From the NCBI GenBank assembly GCA_036381015.1, contig DASVDR010000015.1:16675-80674 (forward strand): a stretch of 64,000 bases of DNA. Direction: 5' to 3'. This stretch comes from Gammaproteobacteria bacterium. GTDB taxonomy: Bacteria; Pseudomonadota; Gammaproteobacteria; Steroidobacterales; Rariloculaceae. Both the position numbers and the translations under genes were made by a program. How positions within the stretch are numbered: the first letter of the stretch is position 1; each line of letters opens with the position of its first letter. Positions 1-10,015 of this stretch are shown here, piece after piece. The notes under the pieces were generated by a model that worked only from the letters and a program-made list of their open reading frames with translations, did no database searches and had not been told where the DNA came from.

Positions 1-140
1 GGCACGCTGCTCGCCGGGTGGAATCCCGGCGCCACCTACTGGCTCACCGACTGTCTCGCCGTGGCGGGGCCGCCCTCGCGCTGGGAGCGGCGGTCCTCCG
101 AGAGCGCCGACCGGCGATGGCACGTTCAAGAGGATGACCC

Positions 141-1190
141 ATGAACGACTTTCGAACGCTGGGACGCACCGGTCTCAAAGTCTCGCCCCTCGGAATGGGC
201 GTGATGACTTACGGGTGGGGCGCGGACAAGCAAGCCGCGCGCGAGATATTCGATCTCTACCGCGAGCGCGGGGGCAACTTCTTCGATACGGCGGATATGT
301 ACGCCGGCGGCGAAAGCGAGAGCTGGCTCGGCGAATTCGTTGCGGACTCGGGCGCCCGCGACGAGCTCGTGATCGCCACGAAGTTCTCGTTCAACGCGCA
401 GCCCGGGAACCCGAACGCCGGCGGCAACGGACGCAAGAACATCCTGCGTGCGATCGACGGCTCGTTGCGTCGTCTACGCACCGATTATGTCGATCTCTAC
501 ATCCTTCACGCATGGGACCGCGTGACGCGCGTGGAGGAGGTCATGCGAACGCTCGACGACCTCGTGACCGCCGGGAAGGTGCGCCACATCGGTTTGAGCG
601 ACGTGCCCGCCTGGTATGCGTCGCGAGCGCAGGCGCTTGCGGACGTGCGCGGCTACGAGCCGATCGCGGCCCTGCAGCTCGAGTACTCTCTCGTCTCGCG
701 CAGCCTCGAGCGGGAGCACGTGCCGCTCGCACAGGAGACGCAGATGTCGATCGTGCCGTGGAGCCCGCTCGCGAGCGGATTCCTGACCGGCAAGTACCAG
801 CGCGTGGACGGCAAGATCACCGGCTCGGGACGCGTCTTCGACTACAAGGACTCCGGCAACCCGGCTCTCGAGAAGTTTGCGAAGCAGGAGCGCAACTGGG
901 ACATCTTGGCGGCGGTGCTGACGGCGGCGAAAGAGCTCGGCCGCACGCCGACCGAGGTGGCGCTCGCGTGGGTAATCTCGCGGCCGCAAGTCACGAGCGT
1001 GCTGGTCGGCGCTACTCGCAAGGATCAGCTCGAGCTGAATCTCCGGGCATTGGAGCTCACGCTGCCGCCGGAGGTGGAACGCCGTCTCAACGAGGTGAGC
1101 CGGCCCGAGTCCACCGAGCTCGACCATTTCTTCGAGCCGACGATGCAAGGGATGATTCACGGCGGCGTGCCGGTCCGCCGAGGCGTGTAA
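141..1190 (+). CDS. aldo/keto reductase family oxidoreductase
   Basis: 349-aa ORF with ATG at 141. N-terminus MNDFRTLGRTGLKVSPLGMGVMTYGWG and blocks FFDTADMY, LYILHAWD, IGLSDVPAW are typical of AKR (Tas/YajO-like) enzymes. Confidence 0.9.
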   Translation: MNDFRTLGRTGLKVSPLGMGVMTYGWGADKQAAREIFDLYRERGGNFFDTADMYAGGESESWLGEFVADSGARDELVIATKFSFNAQPGNPNAGGNGRKNILRAIDGSLRRLRTDYVDLYILHAWDRVTRVEEVMRTLDDLVTAGKVRHIGLSDVPAWYASRAQALADVRGYEPIAALQLEYSLVSRSLEREHVPLAQETQMSIVPWSPLASGFLTGKYQRVDGKITGSGRVFDYKDSGNPALEKFAKQERNWDILAAVLTAAKELGRTPTEVALAWVISRPQVTSVLVGATRKDQLELNLRALELTLPPEVERRLNEVSRPESTELDHFFEPTMQGMIHGGVPVRRGV

Positions 1191-1293
1191 CGCGAAGGCG
1201 CGGGCCGGCGTCGATCGCTGCGCCGGAACCGGCCGCGAAAGCCGACGGCGAGCGCTTCCGACGGTCAGCCGGGTACGGCCGTCGGCCGGCGGC

Positions 1294-1653
1294 TCACGCC
1301 GGAGCCGTCCGCAAGATCTTCTCCATCGCTTTGCCCTTTGCGAGCTCGTCGATCAGCTTGTCCAGGTAGCGAATCTCCCGCATCGTGGGCTCCTCGATGT
1401 CTTCCACTCGGACACCGCAGACCACACCCTTGATCGAGGTTCGCGCAGGATTCGGGTGAGGCGCTTTGGCAAAGAAGGTCTCGAAATCCGTTTGCTTTTC
1501 GAGCTGGGCTTCCAGCTCCGTCTGGCTGTATCCCGTCAACCAGCGAATGACTTCATCCACTTCCGCTTTCGTGCGTCCTTTCTTCTCCGCCTTGGCGACG
1601 TAAAGACGATAGACGCTCGCGAAGCTGGTCGTATAGATTCGATGCTTTGCCAC
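1294..1653 (-). CDS. DUF2200 domain-containing protein
   Basis: 119-aa ORF starting [42 protein letters not shown], recalled as the conserved DUF2200 N-terminus. Family assigned from memory only. Confidence 0.75.
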   Translation of the reverse strand: MAKHRIYTTSFASVYRLYVAKAEKKGRTKAEVDEVIRWLTGYSQTELEAQLEKQTDFETFFAKAPHPNPARTSIKGVVCGVRVEDIEEPTMREIRYLDKLIDELAKGKAMEKILRTAPA

Positions 1654-1701
1654 GATACAAACGCTCCACTGCTTTCTTTCGGGCCCGCGCGATAGCCGCC
1701 G

Positions 1702-1739
1702 AAAGCAAAAGCGCCGGGCGTCTCCTCGACGCCCGGCGC
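1702..1739 (-). terminator. rho-independent terminator downstream of the 596-aa gene
   Basis: Perfect 12-bp stem GCGCCGGGCGTC (1711-1722) / GACGCCCGGCGC (1728-1739) with a 5-nt loop. On the minus strand it is followed by TTTTGCTTT (1702-1710). It lies about 20 nt after the stop at 1760. Confidence 0.65.
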
Positions 1740-1759
1740 CTGCCGACTGCGCGCAGGTT

Positions 1760-3550
1760 CTAGTGGCGAATCTGACTCGTGATGTCGTCGAGCTCGTAGG
1801 CCTGGCAGAAGCCGCGCTCCGAGCCGATCAATCTGGCGCGATCGGAGTCGGCACCGTCACCGCCGGTCGTCAGCAGCACCGGCGTCTGCTCCCAGGGCTG
1901 GAGGAGCACCTGAGGATCCTCCACCCTCACCTCGTAGAGCATCTGATCGCCTTTCCGCGTGAAGCGCTCGACGACTTTCATGTCCTCGGAGTGGAAGAAG
2001 CCGCCCCGCGCGAGCCACGTCGCCGGCGTGAAGCCGACCGATTCGATCACGAGCGTGTCGCCTTCCCAGTGGCCGACGGAATGACCCGTGTACTTGGTCT
2101 GGATGATGTCCCGTTCTTCGAGCTGGCGGCCGTCGGTCGGGATCACGCGGAAGTCCGAATAACCGCCTCCGCCGTCGCCGCCGCGGCCATAGAGCAAGGT
2201 AATGTCCTTCTCCGTATGGAAGATGCGCCCGGGCGCTCCTTGCCGCGGAATCCCCATCGGCTGGCAGGTCATGATCGGATCCATGCGATTCGTCCACATG
2301 TCGCGATAGATGACCTCGTCCCAGTGCTGCGGCAGGTACAGCGGGCGATTCGGGCCGAAACGCGAAGCCGCCTCGAACTCGAAATCGATCGTCTGATTCC
2401 ACTGCGTGCTGCAACCCTCGAGCTGGGTCGGTGCGCAGCGGCGGCTGCCATAGCGCCAGATGAAGAACTTGCTGGGGCCTCTCCAGCTGCCGGTGAGGTC
2501 CGGCTTGCCGTCGGCCAGACGCGGCGTCGGAGCGTCGGAATCGAGAACCGGCGGTTCCTGGTCGCTCCCGAACATCGGCAACGGCTCGGTCGGGCCCACG
2601 CCCGGCGGCACGGGCACGACGACGTAGACGCTGCCGGTTTCCGTCTGGACCGTCCTCAGCTGGCGCATGACTTCGCCGTTCTTGGTCTCCGTCATCGTGC
2701 CGGCCATGTAGACTTCGACTTTATTGAGCGGATTGTTGTAGTCGTCGTAGTCGCCGTAGGTGAACTCGTAGGTATCGCTTCCGTGTGTGACGACGACTGA
2801 TTCCGTCATGAAGCGATCGTCGAGCCGGGCAACGGCCGTCGCGCCTTCGACGCCCGGAATCGGGAACGTGACGACGGGCGTATCGCCGTCCCACGTGACG
2901 GACGTTTTGCCGATCTTCGAAGTCCCTTCCTCGAGCAGGCCGCCGGGGTTGCGAAACACTTTCAGCGGATCGATGCCGGCGCCCGCCAACGCGGCCTTCG
3001 GTGCGCCCTGAGGGCTCGCCCAAAGACGAATCAGGCGTTCGTCGCGTGTGTTCGGCATCGGCTTGGCCGTGCCTCTGCCCGGCACGAGACCGGCGCCCGG
3101 AACGTCTTCGTCCCACGCGTATTCGCCGCTGACGACCTCGATGTTGGAATACGTCTCGCCGTTCGGCAGCGTGCACTCGATCTGGGTGCGGCTGGCGAAG
3201 AATTGGTAAGCATTGCTGATGCGATATCCCGAAGTGCCGAGCTCGCCCTCCCGATCGGTGTTCTCGAACGGGGTGATCTCACAGGGTTGACCGTTTACCT
3301 GGATCGTGCCTTCACCCCGATACTCGAGCGTGACGATGAGCTCGTGCTCCTCGATGCCGCGCAGCATGCCCATGTGCCACGGCCAGTTGAACAGCACCGA
3401 CTTCAGGTCGCGGGCGTCGGGCTCGGGCGTGTAGGCCGGCTCGCGCGGTCCGCCGAACTGTGCGCTTGCCGAGAGCGATACGCCGAGAGCAAGCGGCACT
3501 GACGCGGCGATCGACTTCCTAATGATCCCCCTGTCGAAGGTCATGATCAT
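1760..3550 (-). CDS. secreted hypothetical protein (596 aa), partner of DUF6152 gene
   Basis: Long ORF with signal-peptide-like N-terminus ([18 protein letters not shown]) and a GAAGGGGA Shine-Dalgarno upstream. Natural-looking composition, unlike the overlapping Arg/Ala-rich shadow ORFs. No family recognised. Confidence 0.7.
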   Translation of the reverse strand: MIMTFDRGIIRKSIAASVPLALGVSLSASAQFGGPREPAYTPEPDARDLKSVLFNWPWHMGMLRGIEEHELIVTLEYRGEGTIQVNGQPCEITPFENTDREGELGTSGYRISNAYQFFASRTQIECTLPNGETYSNIEVVSGEYAWDEDVPGAGLVPGRGTAKPMPNTRDERLIRLWASPQGAPKAALAGAGIDPLKVFRNPGGLLEEGTSKIGKTSVTWDGDTPVVTFPIPGVEGATAVARLDDRFMTESVVVTHGSDTYEFTYGDYDDYNNPLNKVEVYMAGTMTETKNGEVMRQLRTVQTETGSVYVVVPVPPGVGPTEPLPMFGSDQEPPVLDSDAPTPRLADGKPDLTGSWRGPSKFFIWRYGSRRCAPTQLEGCSTQWNQTIDFEFEAASRFGPNRPLYLPQHWDEVIYRDMWTNRMDPIMTCQPMGIPRQGAPGRIFHTEKDITLLYGRGGDGGGGYSDFRVIPTDGRQLEERDIIQTKYTGHSVGHWEGDTLVIESVGFTPATWLARGGFFHSEDMKVVERFTRKGDQMLYEVRVEDPQVLLQPWEQTPVLLTTGGDGADSDRARLIGSERGFCQAYELDDITSQIRH

Positions 3551-3580
3551 TCCCCTTCTAATTCTGTTGATGGCCCAGGC

Positions 3581-3973
3581 TTATTCCGGCTCGAACTCGA
3601 TCGTCTGCTGGTTGGGCAACGTGATGGACCGAATGAAGCCGAGAGGCTTGCCGTTGCGTGCTGGGAAATACGTGATCGTGACCGTATCGCCGGCAATGAC
3701 CGTGTTCGGGCCGCCGCGACCGAATCCGAGGCTCGACAGCGCGTTCGCCGAGCCCGTCGTCATAATCCATTCGGTGGTCTTGCCGTCGTCACTCTTCACG
3801 TCGAGGGTGATCGCCCCGTGGGGGTTCACGAACTCGACCTTCTTGACGACGCCCGTCACCTCTCCGGACTTGCGAATGTCGTAGACGCCGGAGAGAGAGT
3901 GATGGGCCAACGCTGCGCCGCTGGCCAGAATCCACGTGGAAAAGATCAGCGTTCCCAAAGTCCTCTTGATCAT
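3581..3973 (-). CDS. DUF6152-like small secreted protein
   Basis: Internal ATG at 3973 (MIKRTLGTLIFSTWILASGAALAHHS...) preceded by GGGGGA. Signal peptide ends in the AHHS motif, and the C-terminal block is GDTVTITYFPARNGKPLGF. A paralogous decayed copy lies at 45406-45789. Family name from memory. Confidence 0.7.
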   Translation of the reverse strand: MIKRTLGTLIFSTWILASGAALAHHSLSGVYDIRKSGEVTGVVKKVEFVNPHGAITLDVKSDDGKTTEWIMTTGSANALSSLGFGRGGPNTVIAGDTVTITYFPARNGKPLGFIRSITLPNQQTIEFEPE

Positions 3974-4184
3974 TTCGATCCCCCAACGAATCAAAGTAAT
4001 CGGCAACTGTCAGGCGCGGGTCGCGGGCTGCTCGGGCAATTCGCCTTTTCGCGACATTACCACCGCGCGGATTCGACGACAATTTGGCGCCGGACCGAGA
4101 CGGACAGGGGCACAGAAAACTTGACAATTCCGGGCCCGAAATAGGAAAAATTGCCGACACTGAACGCTTTGGAGCCGGCAACCG

Positions 4185-4781
4185 GTGATGCGAGCCCCGA
4201 TATTATCCGCCGTCGTGTCGGTGGGATTGGCCCTCGCAGTGTGCCCGCAGGCCGGTCGGACGCAGGCCGACCGGGACTTCGTGTTCACGGACACCGTCGG
4301 ACATCTCGTGATCAGGTTCGCCGGGACCGGCGCCACCGGCCTCAATTCCTGGCAACGGGAAGAGGTCCTCGATTCCGAGTTCTCGAGAATGGTTCACGAC
4401 CGCCTGCGCGCCGACCTGCTGTTCGAGGCCGAGCCTCCCGATCCGGAATGGGCTGCATCGATGGAGCCGCTGATCGCGGAGCACGTCGAGCACGCCGGTC
4501 CCGAGTTCTCCGGTATCTTCACCGAATGTCGCAAAGCGTCGTGCCGCGTGATCATGGAGCAGCCCGTGCACTGGACCGTGACGGCGCATCAAGCCGTGCT
4601 CGACACCGTGCAGAAATCCCTCGAGGCCTTCATCGCGGCCCACCGGCAGGACTTCGAGCCGATCTTCATGATGACGGCCTACGATAAGGAGCACGAGATA
4701 CCGCACATCAAGGCGTTCTTGCGGAGAGCCGGACGCGCGCCGGATCGGCCACGAAAAGGGGGGTTCCCACCGGACTCCTGA
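4185..4781 (+). CDS. hypothetical secreted protein
   Basis: 198-aa ORF with GTG 4185 / ATG 4188. Signal-like N-terminus APILSAVVSVGLALAVCPQAG, non-shadow composition. No family recognised. Confidence 0.55.
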   Translation: MMRAPILSAVVSVGLALAVCPQAGRTQADRDFVFTDTVGHLVIRFAGTGATGLNSWQREEVLDSEFSRMVHDRLRADLLFEAEPPDPEWAASMEPLIAEHVEHAGPEFSGIFTECRKASCRVIMEQPVHWTVTAHQAVLDTVQKSLEAFIAAHRQDFEPIFMMTAYDKEHEIPHIKAFLRRAGRAPDRPRKGGFPPDS

Positions 4782-4878
4782 CCAGCGACGGTCCCGGCGT
4801 TTCCGCGGAGGTCCGGATGCACCATCGTCGTGCGAAATCCTCCGGGAGCGTGCGAGGAGCGGCCGCGAGACCGGCCGG

Positions 4879-5765
4879 CTAGCCCGCGAGCGTTCCGCTC
4901 CGCTGCCGGTACTGCTTCGGCGTCATTCTCATCGAGCGTTTGAAGAAGCGGGTGAAGTACGACGGCTCCGAGAACCCCAAGCTGGCCGCGACGTCGGTGT
5001 CGACTTGTCCGTATAGGCGAGCTCGCGGCGCGCAGCGAGCAGCACGCGCTCGTGGATGAGACGGAGCGCGTTCGAGCCGGTGGTCTCTCGGCAGATCGCG
5101 TTCAGATGCGCCGGCGTGATGCCGAGCGCCTTCGCGTAGTCCGTGACCGCCCAGCCGGACCGGTGACGGCGCTCGAGCAGCTCGGTGAAGCGCTCGTAAT
5201 GAAGGGCCCGCCGGCTCGCGTTCTCCGTGTGCCGCGCCGGCGCGCCGTGCCTGGCAACCCAGATCGCGAGCGCCTTCACCAGGCTTTCCAGCAAGGCTTC
5301 CTTCAGCGGCCGCGCGTGAACGTACTCTTCCTGGATCCGCGAGAACAACATGTCGAGATACTCGCGATCGTTGCTTGCCGCGAGCACTTCGGGCTCCGTG
5401 AACGCGCCGGCGGGGGCGCCGATCCGGTGGCGGAGGTCGTGCACGAGCGCCGACGCGATGGAGAGCGCATAGCCGTCCGAATCTTCGGCCCACTCGAACT
5501 CGTGCACGCAAAGCTCCGGCACGACGGCCATGCAGGGCGCGGAAAGCACGTATCGCTCGCCGTCGAAGCGCGCCTCGCCGGCGCCGCGGGTGAGCCAGAA
5601 GAGCTGCGCGAGGCTGCTGTGCCGGTGCGGGCGAATCTTCCAGGCATGTAGGCGACTGCGCTCGATCAGCGGCTCGCTGTGCAGCAGCGCCGAGGTCGAC
5701 CACTCCGACGCGTCCCCATAGAAATCGACGATCGGTACGGCGGAAGCGGAGGCCCGTCGCTTCAT
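4879..5765 (-). pseudogene. AraC family transcriptional regulator (cupin + HTH), frameshifted
   Basis: Frame 1 (ORF 4929..5849, likely start MKRRASASAVPIVDFYGD at 5765) gives the cupin sensor and first HTH up to ...RRELAYTDKS. The second HTH and C-terminus (VDTDVAASLGFSEPSYFTRFFKRSMRMTPKQYRQR) are only readable in the overlapping ORF 4879..5853. The frames switch near 5005-5015. Confidence 0.75.
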
Positions 5766-5887
5766 GGCTCGCCCCCTTCGGAAAACCGAGATTCTGCGAA
5801 ATGTACCATTTCCATTGCCGATTGTCCCTGGATTCAGGCCTACGATCATCCAAAAGTATCAGCAGGCAGGCAAAGCGGACCCGAGAA

Positions 5888-6289
5888 ATGAGCTGGAGAA
5901 AGCACGCCTACGATTCGATTCCCGGCACCTATGTGTTCGACGGGAAGACCGCGCACGCCGCTTACGGCTTGAACAAGCTGCTCTTTTCGTTCAACCACGA
6001 GTCGAATCGCGCGGAGTTCGCGAGAGACAAGGCGGCCTACGCGGACAAGTTCGGCCTGAGCCCCGAGCAGAAGAAGGCTCTCCTCGAGGACGACTTCCTC
6101 ACGCTGCTTCGGCTCGGCGCGAACATCTACTACCTGGCAAAGCTCGCCGTTCCGCGCGGTTTCAGCGTGCAGGACGCGGGCGCTGCGTTCCAGGGCATCT
6201 CGACAGAGGAATTCAAGGCGGCGCTGATGGCCAAGGGGCGCGGTCTCGTCGACAAGCTCGAGCGTCGCGGAGGTTACTGGAATGGCTAG
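5888..6289 (+). CDS. ligA: protocatechuate 4,5-dioxygenase alpha subunit (LigA family)
   Basis: ATG at 5888 (MSWRKHAYDSIPGTYVFDGKTAHAAYGLNKLLFSF...). Small subunit immediately upstream of, and overlapping, the LigB-type gene. Confidence 0.8.
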   Translation: MSWRKHAYDSIPGTYVFDGKTAHAAYGLNKLLFSFNHESNRAEFARDKAAYADKFGLSPEQKKALLEDDFLTLLRLGANIYYLAKLAVPRGFSVQDAGAAFQGISTEEFKAALMAKGRGLVDKLERRGGYWNG

Positions 6290-7160
6290 AATCGTCGGCG
6301 GCGTGACCACGTCGCACATTCCCGCGATCGGCAACGCGATGACGGCGAAGCTCGAGGGCACGCCGTACTGGAAGCGGTTCTTCGACGGCTACGAGCCGGT
6401 CAAGGCGTGGCTCGCGGAGGTCGATCCCGATGTCGCCATCGTCGTCTACAACGATCACGGCCTCAATTTCTTCCTGAACAATATCCCGACGTTCGCCCTC
6501 GGGTGCGCCGATCGCTACGACAACGCGGACGAAGGCTGGGGCCTCCAGACGCTCGCGAGCTTCGAAGGCGACGCGCAGCTCTCGTGGCATATCGCCGAGG
6601 CTCTGATCGAGCAGCAGATCGACATCGCGACGTGTCAGGAGATGCTCGTCGACCACGGTTTCGTCGTGCCGATGGCGCTGATGTGGCGGCATCTGCCCCG
6701 GTGGCCGGTCAAGGTCGTCCCGCTCGCCGTCAACACCGTGCAGCATCCGATCCCCACGGCTCGGCGCTGCTACGCGCTCGGCAAAGCGCTGCGCAGCGCG
6801 ATCGAATCGTACCCGGAGGATCTCAAAGTCGTGATCTTCGGCACCGGCGGCATGTCGCACCAGTTGCAGGGCGAGCGCGCGGGTGTGATCAACGTCGACT
6901 ACGACCTGATGACGATGGACAGCGTGATCGACGATCCGGAGTGGCTTGCGTCGCAAACGATCTCGGAGATCATCGAGAACGCGGGCACGGAGGGCGTCGA
7001 GGTGATCATGTGGCTGGTGATGCGCGGGGCGCTCGACGACGACGTGAACGTCGTGCACAAGCACTACCACACGCCGATCTCGAACACGGGTGCGGGAGTG
7101 CTGGTGCTCGAGAACCGCCTCAGCGCTCTCCGGCTAGGCTCCGATAGACGACGCGCGTGA
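6282..7160 (+). CDS. ligB: protocatechuate 4,5-dioxygenase beta subunit (LigB family class III extradiol dioxygenase)
   Basis: 292-aa ORF MARIVGGVTTSHIPAIGNA...VVYNDHGLNFF...FGTGGMSHQL, LigB-type catalytic subunit blocks. The ATG at 6282 overlaps the ligA stop (6287-6289). Confidence 0.85.
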   Translation: MARIVGGVTTSHIPAIGNAMTAKLEGTPYWKRFFDGYEPVKAWLAEVDPDVAIVVYNDHGLNFFLNNIPTFALGCADRYDNADEGWGLQTLASFEGDAQLSWHIAEALIEQQIDIATCQEMLVDHGFVVPMALMWRHLPRWPVKVVPLAVNTVQHPIPTARRCYALGKALRSAIESYPEDLKVVIFGTGGMSHQLQGERAGVINVDYDLMTMDSVIDDPEWLASQTISEIIENAGTEGVEVIMWLVMRGALDDDVNVVHKHYHTPISNTGAGVLVLENRLSALRLGSDRRRA

Positions 7161-8076
7161 ATTGCTCGGGGCTCATGTAGCCTCCGCCCCACCGCTCATC
7201 GAACTCTCGCGTCGGCTCGGCCGCGACGACGGCCTCTTCGGAAAGCCCTTGCTCGATCAAGCCGCGCACACGCTCTTGGATCGTCCGCAGCATGGACACG
7301 TACTCCTCGAGGAAAGCCGTGCCGCGCTCCGGCAGATCGCCATGGCCGGGGATGAACTGCGTTTCGTCGTTCGCGAGCGACATCGCTTTTTCGACGGCGT
7401 CGATCATGCCCTGAACGGAGCCGCCGCCGGCCGCATCGGAATCGATCCGCGGATAACCGCTCGTCCAGAGCGTATCGCCCATGTGGATCACGTTGGAGTC
7501 GACAAAGTGCACGATGGAGTCGCTGTCGGTGTGTGCATTCGGAACGTGAATGACGTGAATCGTCTCTCCGTTCCAATGCAGCGTGGTGTCGCTGGAGAAG
7601 GTGACCACCGGCAGCGCGGCCGCAGGCGCGGGCGGCGTGCGGCTGTCGAACAACGGGAGATAGACCTCGCGGCTCATGCGCTCTCGAACGTTGTCGTGCG
7701 CGACGATGATGGCGCCGGCGCGGCTCAGATTCTCGTTGCCGCCCGTATGATCCCCATGCCAGTGGGTGTTGATGACGAGCCGCACGCCGCCGTCGCTCAC
7801 CTCGTCGACTGCCGCCAGGACCGCGTCCGTCGTCATCGCAAACTGATCGTCGACCAGCAGCGCACCGTCCGAGCCCACCGACAGGCCGATGTTGCCGCCG
7901 TTGCCGACCAGCATGTAAAGGCTGTCGGTGATCCGAACCGTTCGGATCGTCGGTGGCGCCAAGTCCTGCTGGGCCGCGGCGTCGGTATTGCCGAGAAATG
8001 CCGCGCAGGCCGCGAGCAGCCACATCCAAGCCGCCGCCGACCCCGGATTCGTGTATTTGTGCTTGGGACCTCTCAT
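7120..8076 (-). CDS. secreted MBL-fold metallo-hydrolase
   Basis: 318-aa ORF with a signal peptide (AAAWMWLLAACAAFLGNTDAAAQ) and the H-x-H-x-D-H motif (HWHGDHTGGN). Confidence 0.85.
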   Translation of the reverse strand: MRGPKHKYTNPGSAAAWMWLLAACAAFLGNTDAAAQQDLAPPTIRTVRITDSLYMLVGNGGNIGLSVGSDGALLVDDQFAMTTDAVLAAVDEVSDGGVRLVINTHWHGDHTGGNENLSRAGAIIVAHDNVRERMSREVYLPLFDSRTPPAPAAALPVVTFSSDTTLHWNGETIHVIHVPNAHTDSDSIVHFVDSNVIHMGDTLWTSGYPRIDSDAAGGGSVQGMIDAVEKAMSLANDETQFIPGHGDLPERGTAFLEEYVSMLRTIQERVRGLIEQGLSEEAVVAAEPTREFDERWGGGYMSPEQFTRVVYRSLAGER

Positions 8077-8175
8077 GGCGTTTCCTTCAATCCGCTCGTG
8101 AATCGTGGACGGTGATCGAACGCAAGTCGTACGATACTACGGGCTCGAGAGATTGGCGATTACGTGGGGGAAGCC

Positions 8176-9168
8176 ATGAGAATGCTCGTTTGCGCTTTAT
8201 CGGGCTTGGGTCTCTTGACGCTGATGCATCCCGCGGTTGCCGAGGTACCGGAGGGCCTTACCGGTACGCTGATCGTGCTCAACAAGGCCGACAATGACGC
8301 GAGCTTCATCGATCTCGCCACGGGCGAGACGCTCGCGACGCTGCCTACGGGCAACAACCCCCACGAGCTCATCGTCACCGACGACGGCCGGTGGGCCATC
8401 GGCACGAATTACCGCAGCGGCGACAGCCTGACCGTGTTCGACGTGCAGAGCCTCGCCGTGGCCCGCACCATCGATCTGTCCGAGCATCCGCAGCCCCACG
8501 GCGTGTTGCTTATGCCGGGGCAAGAGCAGGTCATCGTCACCTCCGAGGGCAGCAATCGACTGGTCGTCGTCGACTTCCACAGCGGTGAAATCGAGAGAAG
8601 CATCGAGACGGGCGCGCCCGGCTCCCACATGGTGGCGCTTTCGGAAGACGGCTCCATGGCTTTCACGGCCAATACGCAGGGCGACAGCGTGTCGGTCATC
8701 GACGTGGCAGCGAGCCGAATGCTGAACGTCGTGGATGTGCCGGCGGGGCCGGAAGCCATCACGGCCAACCGCTCGGGCACGGACGTCTGGGTGGGCAGCA
8801 ACGACGAAGGCGTCGTGTCCGTGATCGATCCCGAGGACGGCGCCGTTCGCCGTCGATTGACGGGCTTCAGCTGGCCGTATCGAATCCTGCTGACGAACGA
8901 CGAGCGCTACGTCGTGATCCCCGACGCGCGATCGGAGGTCGTACGCGTCTTCGACGCGGAAAGCGGCGAGGAGCTGGGCAGCCGGGAATTCTCGGGCGGC
9001 GGACCGCAAGGCGTAGCGCTGTACTCCGACGATCGAACGCTTTTCCTGTCGCTGAGCCGTCAGGGCAAGGTGGCCGTCATGGATATCGAGAGCATGGAAG
9101 TGCTCGGCGAATACGAGGTCGGAGGCGGACCGGACGGGATCGGGTATTCGGAGCTGCGTTTGCGCTGA
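8176..9168 (+). CDS. secreted YVTN/YncE-like beta-propeller repeat protein
   Basis: ATG at 8176 preceded by GGGGGAAG, with a signal peptide MRMLVCALSGLGLLTLMHPAVAE. Repeated propeller blades of the form xxVxVIDxxxxxxxxxIxxGxxPxGI. Confidence 0.7.
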   Translation: MRMLVCALSGLGLLTLMHPAVAEVPEGLTGTLIVLNKADNDASFIDLATGETLATLPTGNNPHELIVTDDGRWAIGTNYRSGDSLTVFDVQSLAVARTIDLSEHPQPHGVLLMPGQEQVIVTSEGSNRLVVVDFHSGEIERSIETGAPGSHMVALSEDGSMAFTANTQGDSVSVIDVAASRMLNVVDVPAGPEAITANRSGTDVWVGSNDEGVVSVIDPEDGAVRRRLTGFSWPYRILLTNDERYVVIPDARSEVVRVFDAESGEELGSREFSGGGPQGVALYSDDRTLFLSLSRQGKVAVMDIESMEVLGEYEVGGGPDGIGYSELRLR

Positions 9169-9309
9169 CTCGCGATCGGTCTCGGCGTACACTGGACTGA
9201 AGCGGCGCGAGTCGAGGTTCCGGTATCGACGAAGGCGCTCGGCGCCGCGCCGCTCGGCCGAAATGCCGTGGAATGCCGCGATATCGCCGGCGACTGATCG
9301 GAGTCCGCG

Positions 9310-9963
9310 ATGGTACCGTCCGACCCTATGAGTGCCGCTCGTCCGTTGGTCGTCCCGCCGGACCCCAGCACCACCGATCACTTCGTGTATCTCCGCGTCG
9401 GTTGGCAAGGCTACGAGAAGCTGCTCGAAATGCGCGGCGAGCGGTCCGTGCCTCGCATCACCTACCTCGAGGGTGTCGTCGAGCTGATGTCGCCGTCGCG
9501 CTACCACGAAAGCGACAAGAAGCGCTTCGCGCGCCTGATCGAAGCGTGGTCCGAGATCGCGGGCGTGGAGCTCGAAGGCTACGGCTCGTGGACGCTGAAA
9601 GACGAGAAGCAGGACCGCGGCGCCGAGCCGGACGAGTGCTACACGGTGCGCCGCCTCGCCGTAGACGACAATGACCGGCCCGACATTGCGATCGAGGTGA
9701 TCTGGACGTCCGGCGGGATCAACAAGCTCGAAGTGTATCGCAAGCTCGGCGTTCGAGAGGTGTGGATCTACGAGCGGGGATCCCTGCGCTTCTTCGCGCT
9801 TCGCATCACCGGCGACGATGCGCACTACACGGACATCGCGCGGAGCGAGCTGGTTCCCGAGCTGCCCACTGATCTGCTTCTCGCCTGCATGAAAGAGCCG
9901 AGCCAATCGGCGGCGGTTCGTGCGCTTCGGGCGGCCGTCTCGACGCCGAGATCGAATCAGTGA
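9310..9963 (+). CDS. Uma2 family endonuclease (DUF820)
   Basis: 217-aa ORF with blocks ITYLEGVVELMSPS, GAEPDECY, PDIAIEVIWTSG, KLEVYRKLGVREVWIY, characteristic of the Uma2/PD-(D/E)xK family. Confidence 0.8.
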   Translation: MVPSDPMSAARPLVVPPDPSTTDHFVYLRVGWQGYEKLLEMRGERSVPRITYLEGVVELMSPSRYHESDKKRFARLIEAWSEIAGVELEGYGSWTLKDEKQDRGAEPDECYTVRRLAVDDNDRPDIAIEVIWTSGGINKLEVYRKLGVREVWIYERGSLRFFALRITGDDAHYTDIARSELVPELPTDLLLACMKEPSQSAAVRALRAAVSTPRSNQ

Positions 9964-10015
9964 GCGCGCGACTCGAGGCCAAGCTCGAAGCCGCGTGCGC
10001 CACGCGACCGAGCCG

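Noticed and set aside
9310-9963. The Uma2 (DUF820) nuclease as part of a restriction-modification or toxin-antitoxin defence locus.
   Set aside because: It stands alone between unrelated housekeeping-type genes. No methyltransferase, antitoxin-sized ORF or mobile-element signature is adjacent.
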